Assembly (NCBI GenBank): GCA_028826165.1
Contig: JAPDFW010000128.1
Location: forward strand, 85,220-149,219
Direction of reading: 5' to 3'
DNA: 64,000 nt
Origin: Anaeramoeba ignava BMAN
Lineage: Eukaryota > Protista > Anaeramoebae
The position numbers and the translations under genes are program-made. The notes below the pieces were generated by a model. The model was given only the letters and a program-made list of their open reading frames with translations. It did no database searches and was not told the origin of the DNA. Below are positions 39,584 to 47,557 of the stretch, one piece after another. Numbering within the stretch: position 1 is the first letter of the stretch; each line of letters begins with the position of its first letter.

Positions 39584-41371
39584 ATGAATGAAATTATATT
39601 TTTTGGTTTAAATAAATATCCAAAACTTTTCAAAAATAAATCAAAAAAAATAATAATAAAACCAATTCAATTTAAATTTGAAAATGAAAATAAAAATGAA
39701 AATGAAAATGAAAAACAAATTAAACAAATTTCTTCAAGTTATTTTTCAACAATTTTCCTTTTTAAAAATGGAAAAGCAATAGAATATTTAGAATATTCAA
39801 AACAAAATCCTCAAAAAATCCAAATTGAAGAAAATATTCAAAAAGTAACTGTTGGTTTTGAAGATGAAGCTATTTTAACAATAGAAGGAAATGTATTTGC
39901 CAAAGGATTTAATATTAATCCAAAAAATCGAAAAAAATTTATCAATATTTCATCATTAATTGAAGATACAAATGATAGAATAATTCAAGATATTGTTTCT
40001 GGAAGAAATTCAATTTACTTATTAACTTCAAATCAAAATGTTTATGGAATTGGTTCAAATCATTATGGCCAATTTGGTTTTGATTCTAAAACACTTAAAG
40101 AAACAGAAAAACCAATTTTAATGATGAAAAACGTTTCTAAAATATTTTCAGGAAATTCTTCTGAACATATTTTTCTTTTAAATTCAAATCAAGAACTATT
40201 TGGATGCGGATATAATTATGATGGTCAACTTGGATTAGGAAAATCAAGAAAAGAAGAAAAAGAAATCCAAAATTTAACCAAAATCCAAAATATTCCAAAA
40301 GGCAAAATAATTGATATTCAATGTGGTTTTAATCATTCAATAATGTTGATTGAAGATGAAAATCAAAATCCAAAAAGAAAACTTTATTCATGTGGTTATC
40401 ATCAATCTAATGGACTTGGCAAAGATGAAGATGAATATACTTATGAATTTACTGAAATCAAATCATCTTTATTTGAAAATGATAATATTCTTGAAATTTC
40501 TTTTGGATGTGATCATACTTTGATTTTAACTACCAATGAAAAATTAATTGGATTTGGATATAATGAATATGGTCAATTAGGAACTGGAGATACAAAATGG
40601 CAATTAATTCCAATTCAAATTGAACTTCCTAAATTAAGATTTAATGAAGAAATTTCTAATTATCATATTTATTGTGGATACCACAAATCATTTCTTTATT
40701 ATTCTCCTCCTTCTTTTTCCAATCTTGAAGAAGATTTGATAAAATTATTTAGAAGAAAAGAATTTTGTAATATTTCATTTAAAACAGAAAATGGAGAAAT
40801 AATTGAAGCTCATAAATTAATATTGAATTATAGATTAAATGATGAAAATGAAATTGAAAAACTTCAAGAAATTATTTCAAAAAAATCAATTAAAGAATCA
40901 AATCAAATATTTGAAATGATTTATTCAAACAGAATAATAAATCCAAAATTATATTTTGAAATTAAAGAAATTATAAATTCAAATGAAAAAATTGAAGAAA
41001 CAATTAAAAGAATTTATTTAAATGAAAATGAAAAAGATTTCATAATTGAAAGAAAAGAAAAACAATATAAATTTCATAAATTAATATTAATAATGAGAAG
41101 TGAATTATATCGAGGAATGTTTTTATCTGTAACAGAAGATACTTCTAATAAAGTTACAGATTATAGTGAATTAAGTAATAAATCATTTGAAATATTTGAA
41201 TATTGGATTTATTCAAATCAAATTAAAAACGAAATTGAAATTACACAAGAAATAATTGATGAAATTCAAATTGGAATTGATTATTTTCAATTAAATCAAA
41301 CAAATCCAAATTTATTTGATTTATTAATTAAAAAATTTAATAATCAAAATCAAAATCAAAATCAAAATTAA
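39584..41371 (+). CDS. RCC1-repeat plus BTB protein, paralog 2
   Basis: Same architecture; the likely start MNEIIFF at 39584 matches the paralogs. Confidence 0.92.
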   Translation: MNEIIFFGLNKYPKLFKNKSKKIIIKPIQFKFENENKNENENEKQIKQISSSYFSTIFLFKNGKAIEYLEYSKQNPQKIQIEENIQKVTVGFEDEAILTIEGNVFAKGFNINPKNRKKFINISSLIEDTNDRIIQDIVSGRNSIYLLTSNQNVYGIGSNHYGQFGFDSKTLKETEKPILMMKNVSKIFSGNSSEHIFLLNSNQELFGCGYNYDGQLGLGKSRKEEKEIQNLTKIQNIPKGKIIDIQCGFNHSIMLIEDENQNPKRKLYSCGYHQSNGLGKDEDEYTYEFTEIKSSLFENDNILEISFGCDHTLILTTNEKLIGFGYNEYGQLGTGDTKWQLIPIQIELPKLRFNEEISNYHIYCGYHKSFLYYSPPSFSNLEEDLIKLFRRKEFCNISFKTENGEIIEAHKLILNYRLNDENEIEKLQEIISKKSIKESNQIFEMIYSNRIINPKLYFEIKEIINSNEKIEETIKRIYLNENEKDFIIERKEKQYKFHKLILIMRSELYRGMFLSVTEDTSNKVTDYSELSNKSFEIFEYWIYSNQIKNEIEITQEIIDEIQIGIDYFQLNQTNPNLFDLLIKKFNNQNQNQNQN

Positions 41372-41658
41372 AATTAAAATTAAAATTAAAATCAAAATTA
41401 AAATTAAAATCAAAATCAAAATCAAATTTAAAATTAAAATTAAAATTAAAATCAAAATTAAAATTAAAATTAAAATTTAAAATTAAAATTAAAATTAAAA
41501 TTAAAATTAAAATTAAAATTAAAATTAAAATTAAAATTAAAATTAAAATTAAAATTAAAATTAAAATTAAAATTAAAAATAAAATTAAAATTAAAATTAA
41601 AATTAAAATTAAAATTAAAATTCCAAAAATCATTTTTTTCATTTTTTTCTTTTCAAAA

Positions 41659-43452
41659 ATGAATGAAATTTTATTTTGGGGTGAAAATGAATATCCAAAA
41701 ATTTTAAAACATGAACCAAAAATAATAAAAAAACCAATTCAATTTAAATTTGAAAATGAAAATGAAAATGAAAATGAAAAACAAATTAAACAAATTTCAT
41801 CATCAAATTCCTCAACAATTTTCCTTTTTGAAAATGGAAAAGCAATAGAATATTTAAAATATTCAAAACAAAATCCTGAAAAAATCCAAATTGAAAATAT
41901 TCAAAAAGTAACTGTTTGTTGTGAAGATGAAACTATTTTAACAAAAGAAGGAAATGTATTTGCCAAAGGATATGATATTAATCCAAAAAAATCTCCAAAA
42001 GAATTTATCAATATTTCATCATTAATTGAAGATACAAATGATAGAATAATTGAAGATATTGCTTCTGGATTTAAAACAATTTATTTATTAACTTCAAATC
42101 ATAATGCTTATGGAATTGGTTCAAATCATTTTGGTCAACTTGGTTTTGATTCTAAAACATTTAAAAAAACAAGAAAACCAATTTTAATGATGAAAAATGT
42201 TTCTAAAATATTTTCAGGAAATACTTCACAATTTGTTTTTCTTTTAAATTCAAATCAAGAATTATTTGGATGCGGATATAATGCATATGGTCGACTTGGA
42301 TTAGGAGAATCGATAAGAGAACCAAAAATTCAAAAATTAACCAAAATCCAAAATATTCCAAAAGGCAAAATAATTGATATTCAATGTGGAAATTTTCATT
42401 CAATAATGTTGATTGAAAATGAAAATGAAAATAAAAATCCAAAAAGAAAACTTTATTCATGTGGATATTATGAATGCAATGGACTTGGAAAAAATCAAGA
42501 AGATACTTATGAATTTACTAAAATTAAATCATCTTTATTTGAAAATGATAATATTATTGATTTTTCTGTTGGATACAACCATAATTTGATTTTAACTTCT
42601 AATTCAAAACTGATTGGATTTGGAAATAATAAACATGGTCAATTAGGAACTGGAAATACAAAAAATAAAAAAATTCCAATTCAAATTGAACTTCCTAAAT
42701 TAAGATTTAATGAAGATATTTCTAATTATCATGTTTCTTGTGGATCTTTTCATAATTCATTTCTTTATTATTATCCTTCTTCTTTCTCTAATCTTGAAGA
42801 AGATTTGATAAAACTATTTAGAAGAAAAGAATTTTGTGATATTTCATTTAAAACAGAAAATGGAGAAATAATCAAAGCTCATAAATTAATATTGAAATAT
42901 AGATTAAATCAAAATGAAAATCAAATTGAAAAACTTCAAGAAATTATTTCAAAAAAATCAATTAAAGAATTAAATCAAATATTTGAAATGATTTATTCAA
43001 ACAGAATAATAAATCCAAAATTATATTCTGAAATTAAAGAAATTATAAATTTAAATGAAAGAATTGAAGAAACAATGAAAAGAATTTATTTAAATGAAAA
43101 TGAAAAAGATTTCATAATTGAAAGAAAAGAAAAGAAATATAAATTTCCCAAATTAATATTAATAATGAGAAGTGAATTATATCGAGGAATGTTTTTATCT
43201 GTAACAGAAGATAAATCTAATAAAGTTACAGATTATAGTGAATTAAGTAATAAATCATTTGAAATATTTGAATATTGGATTTATTCAAATCAAATTAAAA
43301 ACGGAATTCAAATTACACAAGAAATTATTGATGAAATTCAAATTGGAATTGATTATTTTCAATTAAATCAAACAAATCCAAATTTATTTGATTTATTAAT
43401 TAACAAATTTAATAATCAAAATCAAAAAAAAGAAAATTGTTTCATTTTTTAA
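41659..43452 (+). CDS. RCC1-repeat plus BTB protein, paralog 3 (C-terminal CaaX-like CFIF)
   Basis: Same architecture; ends KKENCFIF. Confidence 0.92.
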   Translation: MNEILFWGENEYPKILKHEPKIIKKPIQFKFENENENENEKQIKQISSSNSSTIFLFENGKAIEYLKYSKQNPEKIQIENIQKVTVCCEDETILTKEGNVFAKGYDINPKKSPKEFINISSLIEDTNDRIIEDIASGFKTIYLLTSNHNAYGIGSNHFGQLGFDSKTFKKTRKPILMMKNVSKIFSGNTSQFVFLLNSNQELFGCGYNAYGRLGLGESIREPKIQKLTKIQNIPKGKIIDIQCGNFHSIMLIENENENKNPKRKLYSCGYYECNGLGKNQEDTYEFTKIKSSLFENDNIIDFSVGYNHNLILTSNSKLIGFGNNKHGQLGTGNTKNKKIPIQIELPKLRFNEDISNYHVSCGSFHNSFLYYYPSSFSNLEEDLIKLFRRKEFCDISFKTENGEIIKAHKLILKYRLNQNENQIEKLQEIISKKSIKELNQIFEMIYSNRIINPKLYSEIKEIINLNERIEETMKRIYLNENEKDFIIERKEKKYKFPKLILIMRSELYRGMFLSVTEDKSNKVTDYSELSNKSFEIFEYWIYSNQIKNGIQITQEIIDEIQIGIDYFQLNQTNPNLFDLLINKFNNQNQKKENCFIF

Positions 43453-43464
43453 AAAGAAATTACT

Positions 43465-43600
43465 AATGAAATTCAAATTGGAATTGATTATTTTCAATTA
43501 AATCAAACAAAACCAAATTTATTTGATTTATTAATTAAAAAATTTAATAATCAAAATCAAAAAAAAAAGAAAATTGTTTCATTTTTTAAAAAGAAATTAT
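43465..43600 (+). repeat. Tandem duplicate of the last about 130 bp of RCC1-BTB paralog 3
   Basis: ATGAAATTCAAATTGGAATTGATTATTTTC...GAAAATTGTTTCATTTTTTAAAAAGAAATTA repeats 43331-43465. Confidence 0.9.
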
Positions 43601-43675
43601 TAATAAATTTAATCAAAATTAAAAATAATTTTTTTCATTTTTTTCTAATTTTGTGGTTTTTTTTTGAAATAACTT

Positions 43676-44791
43676 ATGGAAAACGAAATTCCATCAATTG
43701 TAATTGATAATGGAACTTTTTCAATTAAATCAGGAATTTCAGGAGATGATCATCCCAAAAAAATTTTTCATTCAATAGTTGGAAGACCAAAAACAAACAA
43801 TGAAATGATCAAGTTCCGAAACAAAGAATATATTGGTGATGAAGCACAATCACAAAGAGAAGTATTATCGTTATCATATCCAATCAAAAGAAGAATAATT
43901 AGGAATTGGGATGATATGGAAAAGATTTGGAATTATACCTTTTTTAATCAATTAAGAATTCCTCCTGAAGAACACGCAATTTTATTAACTGAGCATCCCT
44001 TGAATCCAAAAGAAAACCGAGAAAAAACAACCCAAATTATGTTTGAAATATTTAACACTCCAGCTTTTTATATTATCAATCAGGGAACATTATCACAATA
44101 TGCTTCAGGAAGAAATACAGGATTTATTGTTGATTTCGGACATGAAGAAATCTTTTTTGCTCCTAATTATAGTGGCACAATTCTTCCCCATTTGGTCACA
44201 ACTTTGGAACTTGGAGGAAAGGATTTAACTGATTATTTAATGAAAATATTGAATGAAAAAGAAATCCAATTTCAAATTTCCGAAACAGAAATTGTTAGAG
44301 ATATTAAGGAAAAATTGAGTTATGTTGCTGATGATTTTAATCAAGAAATGAATAAAGAAGAAAAATTAATCCAAAAAAATTATGAACTGCCTGATGGAAA
44401 AATTATGACATTTGGGAATGAATTATTTAAGTGTCTTGAACCTTTGTTCCATCCTTCTCTTATTGGATTAGAAAAACCAGGAATATCTGAAATAATTTTT
44501 AATACTATTAAAAGATCTGATAATGATATTCAAAAAGATTTTTCTGCTAATATTATTTTATCAGGAGCTTCCTCAAATTTTCCTGGGATTGCAAATCGAC
44601 TTCAGAAAGAAGTTTCCCAATTATCTTCCTCTGTAATGAGGTTCAAAGTGATTCCACCACCTGAAAGAGAATATTCAGTTTGGATTGGAGGATCTATTTT
44701 AAGTTCATTATCTACTTTTGAAAATATGTGGATTTCTAAAGAAGAATATCAAGAAAATGGCGCATCTATTGTTCATAAGAAGTGTTTTTAA
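43676..44791 (+). CDS. Divergent actin / actin-related protein
   Basis: IVIDNG, IVGRP, YIGDEAQ, NWDDMEKIW, LLTE.PLNPK.NREK.TQIMFE, GG.DLTDYLMKIL, YELPDG, PPER.YSVWIGGSIL.SL.TF, IVH.KCF. Confidence 0.95.
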   Translation: MENEIPSIVIDNGTFSIKSGISGDDHPKKIFHSIVGRPKTNNEMIKFRNKEYIGDEAQSQREVLSLSYPIKRRIIRNWDDMEKIWNYTFFNQLRIPPEEHAILLTEHPLNPKENREKTTQIMFEIFNTPAFYIINQGTLSQYASGRNTGFIVDFGHEEIFFAPNYSGTILPHLVTTLELGGKDLTDYLMKILNEKEIQFQISETEIVRDIKEKLSYVADDFNQEMNKEEKLIQKNYELPDGKIMTFGNELFKCLEPLFHPSLIGLEKPGISEIIFNTIKRSDNDIQKDFSANIILSGASSNFPGIANRLQKEVSQLSSSVMRFKVIPPPEREYSVWIGGSILSSLSTFENMWISKEEYQENGASIVHKKCF

Positions 44792-45005
44792 AAAAGATTA
44801 ATTAGGGGAAAGTTAACTTTTTTCTTTTGAATTTTTGAATTTTTTTGATTTAAATAAAAAATTACTAAAAAAAAATAAAAATTAGTAATTATGATGAATC
44901 AAACAATATATAAGAAGTGAAATGGGAAGTAAAAAAAAAATAATTCATTTTTCTCTTTTTATTTTTTTATTTTTTTATTTTTTTATTTCAATTTTCAATT
45001 TAAAA

Positions 45006-47222
45006 ATGTGTGGAAGAACAGCACATACTTTAACAAGAGAACAATTAATCCAAAGATTTCAATCTTCTCAATTTCTTCAAGGAGAAAGACATTCACCAAG
45101 TTATAATGCTTCACCAAGAGATTTTTTACCAATATTATTTAACCCAACTACAATGAATATAAGATCAAATCAAAATTTAAATGAAAATCCAAATCAAAAT
45201 TTAAATGAAAATTTAAATCAAAATTCAAATGAAAATCCAAATCAAAATTTAAATGAAAATTCAAATGAAAATTTAAATCAAAATCCAAATCAAAATTTAA
45301 ATGAAAATTTAAACCAAAATCCAAATGAAAATTTAAATCAAAATTCAAATCAAAATTCAAACCAAAATCCAAATGAAAATTTAAATCAAAATCCAAATCA
45401 AAATTCAAACCAAAATCCAAATGAAAATTTAAATCAAAATCCAAATCAAAATCCAAATGAAAATTTAAATGAAAATCCAAATCAAAATCCAAATCAAAAT
45501 TTAAATGAAAATTTAAATGAAAATTTAAACCAAAATTCAAACCAAATTAAAGATGAAAAACCAAAATTATTAAATGTTAAAAAACAATCTTCACAAGTTT
45601 TACAAGATCAACAATCTCAAAATTCTCAACAAATTAATAAAAATCGTATTTTTTCTTCAATGAGATGGGGATTTGAAGGTTCATTTCAAAACCTTATAAT
45701 TAATTGTAGATCTGAAACAATGACTGAAAAATTTACTTTTAGAAATTTATATCAACATAATAGATGTATTATTGTTGTTGATGGATATTATGAATGGGAA
45801 AAAAAAGGAAAACGTAAAATTCCTAATTTTATTAAAAGCAAAAATAGTGATGTCTTATTAATTGCTGGACTTTATTCATCAGAAACAGATTCATTATTTA
45901 ATTTTGTAGTAATAACAACAAAAGCATCTCTTAGACTTAAACATATTCATGATAGAATGCCTGTATTACTTGATGAGGAAAATATTGATTTATGGCTTGA
46001 TCCAAATTATGATATTCAAAGTGATCCAAAAGGATTATTATCACCTTTAGATATTCCTCTTGAATATTATCAAGTTTCAACTCATGTTAATAATATTATT
46101 AATAAAGATAAGAAATGTATTGAACCTGTAAAATCAAATATCAAACCTTTATCAAGTTATTTTCAAATTGCGACAAAAAAGGAACAAAAACTCAATGAAG
46201 ATCAAAATCAAAATCAAAATCTAAATCAATTAAATCAAAATCAAAATCAAAACCAATTAAATCAAAATCAATTAAATCAAAATCAAAATCAAAATCAAAA
46301 TCAATTAAATCAAAATCAAAATCAAAATCAAAATCAAAATCAAAATCAATTAAATCAAAATCAAAATCAAAATCAAAATCAAAATCAAAATCAAAATCAA
46401 AATCAAAATCAATTAAATCAAAATCAAAATAAATTAAATCAAAATCAAAATCAAAATCAAAATCAAAATCAAAATCAAAATAATAATGAACAACTTGAAC
46501 AAAAATCTAAATTATCAACAGAAAATCAAAAATCAAAAACTTCAATAATTGATTCTTCAGAAATTCCTCATCAAAATTTACAACTTACTCACAAATCAAT
46601 AAAAGAAAAAGGCATTAGTCAAAATTTAATAACTCAAAAAATCTCTGTTAATAATATTGTAGTTAGAATTGAACAAAACCAATTATCAAAACCTAAAAAA
46701 TTTTTTAATCAATTTTCTGAATTTCCAATCCTTTCATCATTACCAAATTCACCAAAAAAAGAAACAAATTCAAAAACAAATAATTTAAATCCAGATACCA
46801 ATTATCAAAATTTAAAATTTAAATCAAGTCATTCTTTAGACTCAATTCCTTTTGCAATAAATCAAAAACAAAATCCAAACGTTACAAATTTAAAAAATCT
46901 TAAAAATCAAGTTTTATCAAATCCTATTCAAAAACCAAATTATGAAAATGCACAAAATTATTCAATGACTGAATTTATGTCACAAAATAAAAAACCAAAT
47001 CCTTTTTTGAATTATCTAAGAACTCAATCCAAAAGCAATGAAACTATTATCAATCCAAATCAAAATCCAAATCAAAATTTTAATAATAATCAAAATTATA
47101 AACCTTTTGAACATTTTAAATTTAAAAAATTTAATCAATTACATGAAAAAAGAAAACCAAATTCAGATTTAAATTCTTTTCAATATTCTTTATATGAAAA
47201 AGAAAGAAGAAAAATTATTTAA
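45006..47222 (+). CDS. HMCES: HMCES/SRAP abasic-site protecting protein
   Basis: Start MCGR at 45006 places the catalytic Cys at position 2; YNASP, MRWG, INCRSET, RCIIVVDGYYEW, IAGL, HDRMP motifs; long Asn/Gln insertions. Confidence 0.93.
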   Translation: MCGRTAHTLTREQLIQRFQSSQFLQGERHSPSYNASPRDFLPILFNPTTMNIRSNQNLNENPNQNLNENLNQNSNENPNQNLNENSNENLNQNPNQNLNENLNQNPNENLNQNSNQNSNQNPNENLNQNPNQNSNQNPNENLNQNPNQNPNENLNENPNQNPNQNLNENLNENLNQNSNQIKDEKPKLLNVKKQSSQVLQDQQSQNSQQINKNRIFSSMRWGFEGSFQNLIINCRSETMTEKFTFRNLYQHNRCIIVVDGYYEWEKKGKRKIPNFIKSKNSDVLLIAGLYSSETDSLFNFVVITTKASLRLKHIHDRMPVLLDEENIDLWLDPNYDIQSDPKGLLSPLDIPLEYYQVSTHVNNIINKDKKCIEPVKSNIKPLSSYFQIATKKEQKLNEDQNQNQNLNQLNQNQNQNQLNQNQLNQNQNQNQNQLNQNQNQNQNQNQNQLNQNQNQNQNQNQNQNQNQNQLNQNQNKLNQNQNQNQNQNQNQNNNEQLEQKSKLSTENQKSKTSIIDSSEIPHQNLQLTHKSIKEKGISQNLITQKISVNNIVVRIEQNQLSKPKKFFNQFSEFPILSSLPNSPKKETNSKTNNLNPDTNYQNLKFKSSHSLDSIPFAINQKQNPNVTNLKNLKNQVLSNPIQKPNYENAQNYSMTEFMSQNKKPNPFLNYLRTQSKSNETIINPNQNPNQNFNNNQNYKPFEHFKFKKFNQLHEKRKPNSDLNSFQYSLYEKERRKII

Positions 47223-47256
47223 AATCGGAAAAAAAAAATTAACTTTTAATTTTAAA

Positions 47257-47291
47257 TTTTTTCATTTTTTCATTTTTTTCATTTTTTTTTT
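47257..47291 (+). promoter_or_regulatory. Triple Inr-like T(n)CAT(n) motif upstream of the hairpin RNA
   Basis: Separate from the Raptor cluster at about 47480-47513; no ORF follows it. Confidence 0.55.
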
Positions 47292-47362
47292 GTTAAATAA
47301 AAATATAAAAAAAAAGAATAATAATAAAAAAATTTTATTTAAAATAATTAATAATAATTAAA

Positions 47363-47428
47363 AGCTCTTTAGATACCTGTTTGATTAATAAGTTAAATTT
47401 CAAACGGACAGATACAGAGCTGAGATTT
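47363..47428 (+). ncRNA. Single-hairpin H/ACA-like (AGA box) guide RNA; candidate scaRNA for U2 snRNA pseudouridylation
   Basis: Lower stem AGCTCT/AGAGCT; pocket TTAGATAC / ACAGATAC; upper stem CTGTTTGA/TCAAACGG; apical TTAA-TAAG-TTAA; AGA at 47423, 15 nt from the pocket top. The 3' pocket is antisense to U2 GUAUCUGU. Confidence 0.65.
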
Positions 47429-47557
47429 ATATTTTATTATTTTTTATTTTTTAATTTTTATTTTTTTTAAATAAAAAATTTTTTTTCATTTTTTTTCATT
47501 TTTTTCCATTTTTCTTTCTCTTTTTTTTATTATTATTATTATTATTCATTATTCATT

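Noticed and set aside
44870-44945. Box C-like ATGATGA at 44891 after a small hairpin
   Set aside because: No downstream CTGA box D, terminal stem or recognisable guide.
44922-45005. N-terminal extensions in the ORF track (44922, 34210, 39548)
   Set aside because: They span the T-rich promoter motifs; homology supports starts at 45006 and 39584, and motif position supports 34291.
47363-47421. Minus-strand reading of the hairpin as an SSU-antisense guide (TTAGATACC resembles an SSU loop)
   Set aside because: The minus strand loses the G-U pair and has no ACA/AGA box or upstream Inr-like motif.
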